A stretch of DNA of 62,861 nt, filler included, from Sphacelaria rigidula (taxonomy: Eukaryota): assembly GCA_964200075.2 (NCBI GenBank). It is 10 parts of 10 records of this genome, joined end to end, with 100 filler letters (N's around TTAATTAATTAA, not from the genome) between each part and the next. Parts side by side here need not be neighbours in the genome. Positions count along the whole stretch, not along the records: positions 37,779 to 43,974 come from CAXNAA020021594.1; positions 44,075 to 50,270 come from CAXNAA020021595.1; 8 more parts are not named here. One strand, 5' to 3'. The notes beneath the pieces are model-generated. The model was given only the letters and a program-made list of their open reading frames with translations. It did no database searches and was not told the origin of the DNA. The translations under genes and the position numbers were made by a program. Of this stretch, positions 38,128 to 49,675 are shown piece after piece. How positions within the stretch are numbered: the stretch's first letter is position 1; the number at the start of each line of letters is the position of its first letter.

Positions 38128-38345
38128 AAGCAACCTGGGGCGATGATATCGAGGATTCTACACAATCTGCATCACCGACCCAAAACATGAGCCGCTACTG
38201 TCCCACCGAGGGCCCAAAACCCCTTGCACGAGCTCCTTCGTCTTCCCGTTCTGACGGCCCTACATGCGAGAAAACGTTTCTTGAAATCAGAAATGAGGCG
38301 GGCTTCAGGGTCACGGTGTATTGGGTTGATCCTGCAGCACGGGAA
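38128..38345 (+). CDS. Exon of a VHL-beta-domain-like protein
   Basis: ...SRSDGPTCEKTFLEIRNEAGFRVTVYWVDPAARE resembles the first half of a VHL beta domain (F.N.....V.VYW.D). cag acceptor and gtgagt donor. Confidence 0.75.
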
Positions 38346-39336
38346 GTGAGTTTTGTTTCAACAACGGACAACGCCTTTGTCTCTGGATCAAGAACGTTGT
38401 TCTCTTTGAGTAGAAACATGCTGCCCTTGAGGCACCATGCGAGACTATATCGGAACAGAATTGGTAGGTAACCTGCGCGCATTGCCCGCCCTGTTGTATT
38501 GACAAGGTGGCCAATCAAACCGTAGTTGCTAACCACCTCCATTGCTCGTCCTGTTTTTCTTCCCATAATGTTGATGGCGTATCGCGTTTTTGAGTACCTC
38601 ACGTCGTTTGTAGGGTTTTTCCAAGTGTGCTCGCCATACTTGCAGCCGTGTTCGTATGTGTCGCAGGATGCGGTCTCGTTTGTATTTTTTCTCTCGATGA
38701 TACCGTAATCACCGGCTTCAAAAATCCACGTCTCAGAGCCGAGTAGCATGTATCGCAAGACGTGCTGCAGGGGCCAACCATCACTTGTTCCTCGCCCGTT
38801 GCTTATTTTCCTTTTACAGTCTGCCATGCGTGGTATTGCTTCCGTTGGGACCTGCCATTGGCCATCTTTTCGTCCCGTCTTATATCTTCCTCTTTGTCCT
38901 TCTGCTTGTCTCTGGTGTTTTTTTCAAATTTACTCTGTTCCATCGTATTTCGTCTTCCCCCTTCCTCGAGATTTCCTTCATGATGACGACTGTTACCGTT
39001 TTTTCTTTTACTTTGGGTGGGTAATGTTTTGTGGATGATGACCTCGGCTGGATTCTTCCAAGGATCCGTCGATGTGAAAATATCAAACAACCTATATATT
39101 AACGCACTGCATGTGTGGTAGAGCCGGTTTTGACACATGGATGGCAGTTCAACTCACTTGCTACTCTGACAAATGCAAGTCTCTACACAGATGTATCCGA
39201 CGTCGAAGCACTGGCTGGGTGGTAGTAGTAATTGATCCGAGTATTGAAAATATACGCACAGAGCATCACAGTCTAGTCATGATGTAAGAAATCATACGCA
39301 AACTTTTGTTGTTCCCCATTTAGGTTTGATGGAGGG

Positions 39337-39559
39337 TGTAATGCGTGAGCGGGCCGCGTGCTTTTTTGAACGCATCGGACTCTTAACGCTCCTATGGTTA
39401 GGGTGAAGGTTAATGCTAGTGTTAGTGTTAGTGTTAGAGCTAGCATCAGGGGCGCGGTCCATGCATGGACTGGCCCTAGTGGTCTTGAAAAATGTTGGTG
39501 CCGGGGTGTTTTGAACTCCGACGCATTCCAAAAAGCACGCGGTCCGCTCACGCATTACA
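39337..39559. mobile_element. MITE with TGT...ACA termini, 4-bp TSD (Ginger-like) and internal telomere-like repeats
   Basis: aggg|tgtaatgcgtgagcgggccgcgtgctttt ... aaaagcacgcggtccgctcacgcattaca|aggg. Internal ggttag/tgttag repeats. Confidence 0.9.
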
Positions 39560-40040
39560 AGGGGACGCCGACCTTTCCAAGAACAGCAACAATAGTGTCG
39601 ATACCAATCGAAAAAGAGATTATGTCAGGTTGTTCCCCGAGAACTTCGCGCACGGGGTACTTGGAATTCCTGTGTGCTTCCCGAAATATGAATCCCTTTC
39701 AACTAACGCGAGAGCAGGGTCAGTCCAACCAAATCTTCATCGTCTTCGCCGCCGTACTAGATTGCCTTCCTGTTGGATATGCTGGCACAGCCCAGATATA
39801 CGACACTCTGGTACGCGCGTGCTATGTGGACTCCTAGACGGGGTACCGTACTGTAGGTATGATTCAAGGTATGGCCGTTGTGTGTATAATTACGGAACGA
39901 AAAAGGAAAGTAGTGGTTGGCAGTTACCGGCGGCTTCAGGGGGTAACCGGCGAATGGATGACACTATTTCTATTCTCGAGTAGAATACTACGTTGCCTGC
40001 CTCTTTCATCACGCACACATGCAATGCTTTGCTGTTCCAG

Positions 40041-40173
40041 GTTCAGCAAGTCTCGATCCCAGCCGGAGATACAAATCGCAGAGTGGCCTGTCGGGGTCAT
40101 CACTGGAGAGCGCGCTCTTCATCACCACTTTCTTCAAGCCGCGGCCGATTGCTATCCGAATTCGTCGTTCCTG
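40041..40173 (+). CDS. Second exon of the VHL-beta-domain-like protein
   Basis: A phase-0 join gives VQQVSIPAGDTNRRVACRGHHWRAR...GRLLSEFVV, which completes the P.G.......GH.W..R motif. ttccag acceptor and gtgagg donor. Confidence 0.75.
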
Positions 40174-40230
40174 GTGAGGCGAAGGAAACCGTTCAGTACC
40201 CAGAGGTCTCCGGCGCGAGTGCTGACATGG

Positions 40231-40413
40231 TGTAATGCGTGAGAGGACCGCATCGGAATTTGAACATCCCTATGGTTAGGGTTAGTGTTGGGGTTAGGGT
40301 CAGGGGCGTGGTCCCTGCAGGGACTGTCCCGATCGGTTTTGAAATACCTCGATCTTGGGGTGTTTTGGACTACGGTGCGGTCCTCGAAGCACGCGGTCCT
40401 CTCACGCATTACA
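40231..40413. mobile_element. MITE of the same family as 39337, with 4-bp TSD
   Basis: atgg|tgtaatgcgtgagaggaccgc ... gcggtcctctcacgcattaca|atgg: perfect 21-bp TIR. Internal ggttagggttag. Confidence 0.92.
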
Positions 40414-42079
40414 ATGGGCCCACGACAAGAACAGGATCAGAGCGACGCAAAGATGATCACATCTCCTTGCGGAAGAGGAGTGGGTAATGCCGCGCCAAAT
40501 ATCGTGCATTGATCGTTGAGAGTGCCCTATTCACCGTTCGAGGCACGTCAGTATCTTTTCTTGTTTCCGTCAGTCCGCGTATTATTGCTGCTCTACTATT
40601 GTCAAGTGTTCGACCCTCGACATGGCTCGTTGACCCTAGGGAAAGTAAGCTTCCTGCTTGCCCATCACAGCAACACTACTCTGCTTATCACGTATTCGAG
40701 GAGCCCACAATGAACGCGACTAGACAAACGAAGCTCCATACACGGACGATTGCTTAGCACGGTGATCAAAGTACTCTGACATCCCAGTCAAACGTATTTT
40801 GACACATCGACATTCCGTGCATCCAACCATCCCGGCGAAGGTATTATATATTCGCTCGTCGTGTTTCGCCCATTCGTTTTCAAGCCATCCGCTGAAACGG
40901 TTCCGCCGGTGGCCAGCCCTGTTGTACATTTCCGGCGACCTTTTCGTGTCCGTGGCTGCGCTTCAACCGACCGGAAGCCCTCGGTGGCCCGGCACCCATG
41001 CAACACGCTCTACTACCATGCCTTCATCCCCAAAAATAACTCTGCTCATTCAAAGCTAGCCAGCAACCTTGAGAGAGGACATGACACGAATCGGTACGCA
41101 CGAGAGGAACACTTTGCTGTCACTCATATCCGGCCATCATATCCGGCCAAATAAGCGTGTCGAATCTTGTAGAAGTGCGTGCTTGAGAGATTGCGATGCC
41201 CTCGATCTTGAGCATCACGTGGACGAGATGCTTGTTTCGGCAGCAGTCCACAGAAGCAAGCAATCTAGCGCGACAACGAACCGTGCGCAAAATATTAGTC
41301 GAGGAGAACCAGTCGACCACGAGTGGCTCATCTTCCACTGTTTGTGTTACGCGCGTTTTTGAATCTTGCAAGCAAAAACACGCCACGGGTTCTTTGACGG
41401 CGGAGGGGTAGCGGCCGAGGCGAGGGCAACAGATGTTCCGGACCAGTCGGAAGATGTTCGTGCATCTTACGAAATATCTCCGGAAGATCTCTGCGCAAAA
41501 TATGTTGTTGGGGATATTTCGGGACCGAGCTTTGGGCGTACGACTGCCAGCGATAATGGAATCTGCCGTCCATACATTTGGACAGTGCTGGGGTGCGTGG
41601 GATTTCCGCTACCGAAAGCTTTTGCGGTGGAATCCTCTCTGGGCGGAATGGGAAATTTCAAAATGTCGAGGCGAGTGTGTTTGTAGTGTTGACATGATAT
41701 ACATCTATGTGCATATGTATATTCAAATGGCGATAGGATTTTGTGAAACGATAGAGCACCATGGGGAATGCAAGGGAAGCAGTAATTCCAGGGAAAGTAT
41801 CAATATGAAATCCAGCTATTGCCTCTCCCATTAGTCATTTTCCAGAAGTCGAGCGCCCGCGGTCACATTGCCGCGGCACGGAGACGAGTACAAGAAAAAC
41901 GACAATACACAGCATACAACACGTCAGCGAAGTTAAACAAGCACAAAGATATGCTTGTCACTCGAAAGAACACAAACAACTAAAATAAGAAAAACCCGTC
42001 GGCGTATGGCACGTGGGCGATAAGACGCCAAAAGGTAAAAATGGAAGAATACATAGATCGGCGTACCGAACATTTCAGG

Positions 42080-42385
42080 GCTAGGCAAAGCAAAGCAGGA
42101 CAAAGCAAGGGAAGGCAGGGCAAGGCAGGACAGGGCAAGGCGAGTCAAAACAACGCAAGGCAAGGCGAGGCAACGCGCGGGAAGATCACGCGACGAGGAC
42201 CAAAGGATGATATGATCCAAGTGCAAGCCCACACAGAGGAAAAACGATAGAACATAGCATGACCGAACAGAACAGGACAGAACACAGCACAACACAACAC
42301 AACAGAACACAACAGAACACAACACAATAAAACAGAGCAGAGCGGAACAGAGTAGTACAACGCAGGACAGGACAGGGCAAAGCCA
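42080..42385. repeat. Compound pentamer microsatellites (GCAAG/GCAGG)n and (ACAAC/ACAGA)n
   Basis: Read directly. Confidence 0.85.
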
Positions 42386-42690
42386 AACCCTCCCCCCAAA
42401 AACAAACCAAAGGCATTAATAACAGGACAAGTCGAGAGGGAAGGGGAAAATGAGGGAAGCAGGGAAAGGGTGCATAGACAGGGAAATATCTCAGTAGAAA
42501 TGTCATTTCACCACAAGCGCACAAGTGCGGAAGAATCCCGGATGAAGAACCTCCGATGCAGGGGCGAATTTTAAGATGCAAAGCGCGAAGACACACCAGA
42601 TGAAGCGTCAGATGAACATGAATTTAGAATGCCTCTCATTGTGGTGTAACTATGGCCACCGTAAGTGCAGAAAGGTAATGTATCAACGGA

Positions 42691-43203
42691 GAGTCATCCT
42701 ACGATAGTGCGCGCGCGGGGGGTATTTTGGGCCACTTCTTGCACGAAATTCCAAGTCAAATCGATCGACACCGTGTTGAATTAAATACAAGCGCACAGCG
42801 AGTGTGGCAGGTCGTCTGGCACACTTATGACCCTCTTTTTCTCTTGCAATCAAATTCCCCCCCCCCCCCCGTTATCTCATGACTATGACATACATGATCA
42901 ATAGTATCTCCCTCCCCTTATCAAATCGTTTGATGCATTAGACTGTAGGAAGAGAACGATGGCTATTATATATACTAGGAGAAAGATGGTGGCATGAGAC
43001 GGCGAAATAGGACGGAGGTAAGATATGTCAAAGGTTTTTGTGTCATGCATGGAAGAACCGAAATGAGCGCCGGAATGTTGAAGGTAGCTCCATTAGGAGT
43101 AGAAGTGGTGCTTGGTCACGAAAGGGATGCGTGGTCAATGGTCAAACCACTAAGGCAAGCAACAAATGAGTAAGCCCCCCCCCCATCTATCGTAGGATGA
43201 CTC
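42691..43203. mobile_element. Sola2-type MITE containing a nested insertion of about 300 bp
   Basis: cgga|gagtcatcctacgatag ... ctatcgtaggatgactc|cgga: GAG/CTC termini and a 4-bp TSD. Foreign sequence at about 42871-43173 sits inside the poly-C run. Confidence 0.88.
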
Positions 43204-43566
43204 CGGAGGAATACAAACGTTTGGACAGACGAAGTGCTTTGTTCGCGAAGAAATGGCGCGGCTTTAAGGTCTGTGGTGACGCTTGGTGTGGATGGGTTTG
43301 AACGCGTGGAGGGGAAGTTCACGTTCCTGCTAATCACTGCGGAACGAATACCGCACTTCATAGTCGAAGGGTGAGCCTTCCAAGTGACCGACTCTCACAA
43401 CGGCCGAGCAAACCGGTTTCAAACGGGCTCCGATTGTTGACAACTCTTTGCTTGACCTCCTGATATTCCGTGTGACGAGAAAGCGTCCCCGTTGCGGATA
43501 GGCCGTTTCCCCAGTCCCTTCAAAAACTGGCGTCATCTTGGCCCTAAATTGCACTTACCACGATAG

Positions 43567-43601
<35 letters not shown>

Positions 43602-43897
43602 CGGCAGGAACGCATGCCGGAATCCAAAGGGTAAGGGTTAGAAAAACGAAAAAAACAGAGAAAGACAACAGCNNNNNNNNNNGCTGCTGCTTCTGCCCCG
43701 CCCCCTTCCGAACCCTGCGTCCTCTCCGCCCCTGATGGCTCTCTCTCCCTTCTGCCCCCCCCCCCCCCCCAATATGCCCGGTTTGGGGAGGCAAAATCTT
43801 CGTGAATCGCAATGGTAAAAGTCGAGCACAACGAGAAGCTGAGAATTCTCACGCTTGGGTTCATTATCGCAAATATCGCCCATATGAGGTGTTTCAA

Positions 43898-43974
43898 GCC
43901 GGTCGCCCCGGTGGCTCAGTTGGTAACCTGGTAACCTTCTGATGGTTGAGGTGGGGGGTTCGATTCCCGGAGCG
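43898..43974 (+). mobile_element. tRNA-derived SINE head (Pol III A and B boxes), truncated by the scaffold end
   Basis: A-box TGGCTCAGTTGG, AACC-ttctgat-GGTT anticodon-like arm and B-box GGTTCGATTCC. The D arm is non-canonical. A second copy is at 31332. Confidence 0.75.
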
Positions 43975-44332
43975 NNNNNNNNNNNNNNNNNNNNNNNNNN
44001 NNNNNNNNNNNNNNNNNNTTAATTAATTAANNNNNNNNNNNNNNNNNNNNNNNNNNNNNNNNNNNNNNNNNNNNGGGGTTAGGACGTGTTCTCTTCCGTT
44101 CTATAGAGAAAGCGGTCCCTCAGGAGTTGAGTTCAACTTTCCCCCCCCCCCCGGTACGAGTGGTTTGCAGTCAATACCGAACATTGGGTTAGAATCCCCC
44201 CTCCGCCGGAGTTGGATGGGATTGCCTTGTAACTTCGTATTTTCTTGTTTCTCACGAAAAATATCCGAGTTCCCATTGACTCGGAGCTCGACCGACTTTG
44301 TAACATACAGGGGAGAAGAACAAACACGGTAC

Positions 44333-44377
44333 CTGGGGGCAGGGGTGACTCGTCTTCTGCTGTTCCTTCGTCAATCG
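44333..44377 (-). CDS. WW-domain protein exon (start of a further WW domain)
   Basis: cag|CG ATT...CCA G|gtaccg gives AIDEGTAEDESPLPP-G, phase 1-1. Confidence 0.75.
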
Positions 44378-45811
44378 CTGACACAACGACCAACGGGCAA
44401 GCGATGGGGGCAACGGGGAGTAGGATGGGGTGACTACAACTCAATGCTGCTGGACAGCCGATTTGAAACCTCTCAATACCAATCTCGCAGAGCGAACGTC
44501 AGGGTAGCTCGTTTCACTTCACGAATCTGGAACCCCTATTAACTGGCATGCAAAACCCGAAAGACTTCATGAGTGATTTTTTTCGGCGATGCCTCATAGT
44601 ATATGTGTCCAATTTTCAGAGTCAACCCTTGGACAGCGACCGCCCCCGCAGGTGGAGTGGCATGGACCAAGCCACATTCGGGGTTCAGAACAGCTCCTTT
44701 CTCGCTGCACAAAACGCCTTTTTTAATGAACATGTGGATGTTGGGCATCTCTAAAAAACTAGAACAGGAGAACCCCTGACCGGTTTTGATCCTGCAGTCT
44801 ACTGCGCGCAGTCAGTATGTATACCTCCGGAAGCCCGTACCATTACAAATATTGTATGCTCTGTCAGCCTGTGAAACTATTCCGAGGCGACGCTTGCTGT
44901 CCAAGGTTATGCTTCAAGAATCAGCATGATCATTTTCGATCATGTGCAATGAAGTGAGCTTGAAAGAAACGACCTCATATCTTCCTGAGTCTAGAGAGAA
45001 CATGTCTTTGTTGGGTATCTGTACAAGCTACTTCACGGCTTGACCCGAAACTCCCCGGTCAGCAAATGCCTTCGGCAATATCTACCCAGTAGTCGCATAC
45101 GTGGTTTCATACTGACCGTCATGGATGAATACCCGAAGACGGTAACATGGCCTGATTTTTCGAGGCGAAAGGGGCGGCGCTAGGGGCGAAAAGGTATCTC
45201 GAACAATCAGCAGCCTTGAAACTGTTATGAAAATTACAAAGACGAATTCCCAGCCCTACTTTTACCCAATCTCTACATGCTTCAAACTGTAAATATCGCC
45301 ACCAGCTCGCGAATCTAACGAAATTCCGGCAAAATGAAAAAAACTTGAGAACAATTTTTTGTTATAATCCATAGTAGGACACATTTCTTGTTGCTTAACG
45401 GGAAGAGGACACCCGACCCAAGACCTACTTCGCAAGCGAGTTTCTGTGCCGATTACCCGAAGGCTGAGCTACGGACCATGTGCAATTTTTCAGAGTCTAA
45501 CGCCCAAAAATGGCGTGAGGTTTTGTAGACGAGTGTGCTGAAGTCCACCGTGCCCGGTACAACTTCCTGACTAATTGATTGGAGTATAGAAAAGCCATTT
45601 TCGAGTACGTTCGACGTGAAAATAACACCCCTTGCATCACTTTTATCGAGCTTTAGAGCTTGACGTCATACAACCGTTCCTTGACTTCACCGGGATGAGT
45701 CCATATTTATTTTCTTCTCAAAGACATTCTGTACGGGCTTCTGGAGGTATCCACGCCAGGACCCCCGAAAGGTCTTACAGAGCGTAGAATATTTGTAATG
45801 GTCTTCATCAA

Positions 45812-46069
45812 GAGTCATCCTACGATAGGGAGGGGGGGGGGGGTATTTTGGGCCATTTGTTGCTCGAATTTTCGAGTCAGATCGTAGTTGAAAGCAGCAA
45901 CGGTTGTTCGAACAAGCTTGTTGTGCATCAATAACGCTTATCCATACTGCCTGAAACGATTCGGAACTAAATACAAGCAACACAAGTGTGGGAGGATGTC
46001 TGACACACTTATGAGCCTCTTTTCTCGTGCAACCAAATACCCCCCCCCCCGCCTATCGTAGGGTGACTC
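45812..46069. mobile_element. Sola2-type MITE, uninterrupted copy
   Basis: tcaa|gagtcatcctacgatagg ... cctatcgtagggtgactc|tcaa. A further diverged copy lies at about 32670-32910. Confidence 0.9.
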
Positions 46070-46847
46070 TCAACATGCATTTTTCCATCCGGGTATCAAT
46101 AACTGCCAGGTTGAGGGCGATCTGAAATTTTATACGTCCGATATGAAGAGGGTTTTGCGGGTTTGCAGTGCGTACAATCGGTGGTAGTCCGACGACGTCA
46201 AAACTACACATGGCCGAAATACCACGGTTTCGGATGTAACTCCATCTCACAGTAACCGTTTTCAAATTCGTTTTCTTGTCAGATTCTCGAGCTAATGGCG
46301 ATCACTACAATTTGAAACATGTGGAGATTGGGTAGAACTAGGGCTGGGAATTTGTTGATGTAATTTTCAGAACAATTTCAAGGCCGCTCAAAAAATCAGG
46401 CTGTTAGACCATCCTTTCTATATGGCAACGAATCTCGATTTTTTCGAGACTCCGATTTTGAGTTAGCGAATTTGAAAAATCAGGAGGGCTGTTTCATGGT
46501 ATCACAGATTTGTGAAACAGTTCTGTACAACGTCATTTTTTGCATGAGTGTGGTATCGCGTACTCGTGCATGAAGGCGGAGAGCAGGCAGGCGGTGAATA
46601 ATCCCTCGAGTACAGGGTCGTACCGTGGTACGCTAGGGTAATACAGTGCAGAACACTCCATCATTACAATACATGATGGCAAAGTCGGCATTGCGAGTAC
46701 AGTGAACACGCAGTGCGCGAAAAGAGTTCAGCAGTGCAGTGCCATACATCGCCCTGCAAGTAACGCGACAACAGGCTAGGATACTGTAGTATGATACCCT
46801 TCGGTATAGTGGTACATATGGCAGCGTGGTGCAGCATGAAATATCAC

Positions 46848-46937
46848 CATCGCCGCCGGGTACGGCGTCAACACTCACTATCCCCTTGTCGAACCCCGTG
46901 CGAAGCTGCTTCAGCAGCTGGCGCGGGCAGGCGCGCC
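46848..46937 (-). CDS. WW-domain protein linker exon (tentative)
   Basis: cag acceptor; GRACPRQLLKQLRTGFDKGIVSVDAVPGGD. A 90-nt phase 1-1 exon keeps the frame. An alternative gtgagt donor at 46878 would need another exon. Confidence 0.5.
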
Positions 46938-47778
46938 CTGCGTTGTCACGAGACTATCTTCTGCTGCGGTTGCCAAGATATCAAACGCCTCGTACCCTGC
47001 CATTGTACGTCAATCCACGTACGTCACCTCCTCAAAATCGGGGGAACCTCACCTCAAGATCGTAACACCCAGATTTTTTCTTCCCTGATTTGGGTCAAAT
47101 CGGGATCCATGAAATGCGTTCCCCCTATTTTTTTCCCCCGATGCTCGAAAAAATCGAGGTTGGTGACTGCCATAAAAAATAGCCTCACCCCCTCCCGTTA
47201 TCCATGGCAGTCAGTATGAAATAATGTATGCGACTACTGGGGAGATATTGTCGAAGACATTTGCTGATCAGATATTTTGGGGTGATGAGGAGGGTGGACC
47301 AGCTCGTATGATCCCTTGAATGTTTCCTGTCAGATGTGGATACTTGCAGCATTAGTGGAAAAGTAGACTTGTAGAGATCGGCTCTTCGCCTCTTACGCGT
47401 TTCATCCGTCCAGGTGTTGAATCGATAAGCTGAGAGAAGACAGAAAGTTTGTTACTTATAGTACAACGTAGCGTATTTCAGTCACGTCCCTGGCTGCCGG
47501 TCGACACCGAAACCGACATCTTTGAACCCATTTTTGTGCCTTCTCCCAGTGCAAAGAAAACACTCTCTGCCAAGAAAAGAGAAGTATTTGTGTGTGCTCA
47601 GTGAGACTCAAAGCAGTGATTGCGGGCATACCAACTTCGGTAGTTTTCTTCTCTCCTCTTTTTTATAACGTCAAGGCAGCCTGAAAAAAAACGCCATATA
47701 TATTTTTTCCAGCACCAATGCGTACAAGAGGATGGAGATTCGGATCTTCGGCTGGCCGTACGCCACGTGCGTCCTCAC

Positions 47779-47916
47779 CTGCACCCTCCGCATCCAAATC
47801 GAGACTGGCAACTCTCGCTCCACTGCCATTGCTCCCCAAAATGTCCGCGGGGCTGTCCGTGGTTACGAAAGAGATGCCCGTAGCTAAGCCACGCTTACCG
47901 CTTGGCATCCGGGTGG
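47779..47916 (-). CDS. WW-domain protein linker exon (tentative)
   Basis: Strong pyrimidine tract plus cag; ATRMPSGKRGLATG...LDLDAEGA; gtgagg donor; phase 1-1. Confidence 0.55.
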
Positions 47917-48656
47917 CTGATACAAGAGAACCGGCAACAGGCAGAAGCAGTTGTACAGTTGTACGACCAATACCGAGTGAATCTGACGTCATGCGCACGC
48001 GCGGGTTTTCTCACCTCCGCACCACACCCTCGTCGGCCTGCGAGTATCCGTTACTTTGTTGTGGGTATCGTACGAACGCGATATACGGTATGAATGAAGG
48101 ATTGCGTGGCAAAAATGACCGTGACACGGCGCGCTCGACGAAACCTACAAAAAGAGGCAAGATATCCGAAAGAATGATTCGCTTGACACCCCGCAGAAGT
48201 GGGAATCGTGACTGGTATCACTCCCCACAATTAAAAAAAACGCAATACGCCTTCAGCAAGTTTCAAAGCGAAATTTTAAGGTTCGACTATATTCCATTCC
48301 AGAGACATTTCCCCCCAGTCTTCGACAACAACAAAATGAAGCAACATCAATCAACCGTGAAGCAAAGAGACATCGTCATCAACCCTTCGACCGCCAGGGT
48401 GGGTCATCTGGGTATTACAATCGTTTTTCAAGTTAGAATCGAACCGATTCAACGCATGATCGACCGTGGAGGTCAGACCTCGATTACCCAAGCCTCAAAG
48501 TGGGCCACCGACGGAGGACGTCCCCTCAAATACTCGCCCAATCATATCTGCATTCTAAAGACAGGGGTTCCCGACCCGACAGTAGCGGCGTCCATATACC
48601 CCCCCCCCACCACCCGTAACTGTGCACGCTCTCAAGACAGACACACATACACACAC

Positions 48657-48783
48657 CTGTATCCTTGCGATATGCACTACTGGGATCGCTCTCATCCACA
48701 GCGTCAGCATTTGACCCATAAATCCCCGCCGGCAAGGCTCCAGTGTGAGGAGCCGCGGCGGTAGGTTTCTGGAACTGAGTCGT
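48657..48783 (-). CDS. WW-domain protein exon (end of the WW domain)
   Basis: cag|ACG ACT CAG TTC CAG AAA CCT gives TTQFQKP, completing the WW domain in phase with the 49620 exon. gtgtgt donor. Confidence 0.8.
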
Positions 48784-49469
48784 CTGGCAGACCCAACAGT
48801 AAGCGTTACGTCCGAGAGCAGGGGTGGCCGTATGAGATGTGCGAACAATTGGCTCCTATGATGACACAACCCATACTGCTGTCAAGACTCCATTAAGCCC
48901 GTTTTCTACGACACCGTGGTTGGCCTTGCTTGTTCCCTCGTTACTCTTATACCCCTCATCGTTTAAGGGGGGCGGAAGAGGCTTGTTGCATGTACCCTCA
49001 GGTATTGACAAGAACACTCGTATGCTAGGTGGAAACCAAGATTTGAAAAAAAAAGAGTCTTTACTTTGACGTACTAAAGTTACGATATGCCCCGGAGTGC
49101 CTCACTTTTTCAAAATTTGTTGTCAGCCGGGGCGACAGAAACAAAAACACGAGTTCTCTCAAAATGAAAAAGGATTGAAGACTGAAGCCCCTGGCATTCT
49201 GTACGCAGAAATGGCATGGACACCCCGAAATCAGTCCTGTCAACATCTGATTGTACATACTGGAATACGTCCATAGCGCTACCAAGTTCAGAGCTGCGTA
49301 TCGGAGCAAACGTGTACATGAACATGGGAAACATCGATCGTTTCGCGACCAACGGCTGGCTGTTATCATCATGTTCAGGTACAGTCAACGCTCTTGCCTA
49401 AGTTCAAAGCGGAGCTAATGTATCGTTCGCTGTTCTGACTGCGCCGATTTGAGGTCTGCCAACGCTACA

Positions 49470-49590
49470 CTTTGCCTAGGGAACGCTTCGCACCCCCGTT
49501 GCCCGAGGGTTCTCGGTATGCCTTGGGTTGAGGTTAAGGTTAGTGTTCTTTCGAAATTATATGTTTCCGAGAAACTTCGTCATCGACCAA
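49470..49590 (-). repeat. Telomere-repeat-containing dispersed element, intronic copy
   Basis: Its reverse complement matches 7229-7356 and 6485-6570. Confidence 0.75.
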
Positions 49591-49619
49591 GTTGCAGACA
49601 CACCTCTCCTAGCGCATAC

Positions 49620-49675
49620 CTGGTTGGCATGGTCGATGTACACCTTCCTGCCGTTGATCACCTTACACTCCCATC
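49620..49675 (-). CDS. WW domain core exon
   Basis: tgcag|GA TGG GAG...CAG|gtatgc gives GWECKVINGRKVYIDHANQ. Confidence 0.85.

Noticed and set aside
43898..43974. Functional tRNA gene
   Set aside because: The D arm is aberrant, there is a 5' extension, and a duplicate sits at another scaffold end; a SINE is more likely.
44821..45750. 20-bp inverted repeat pair atacctccggaagcccgtac
   Set aside because: Probably an old intronic TIR element, but the ends and TSD are not resolvable.
47718..48764. 348-aa plus-strand ORF
   Set aside because: It has no recognisable domain and overlaps antisense exons and an intron of the WW gene; probably a chance ORF.
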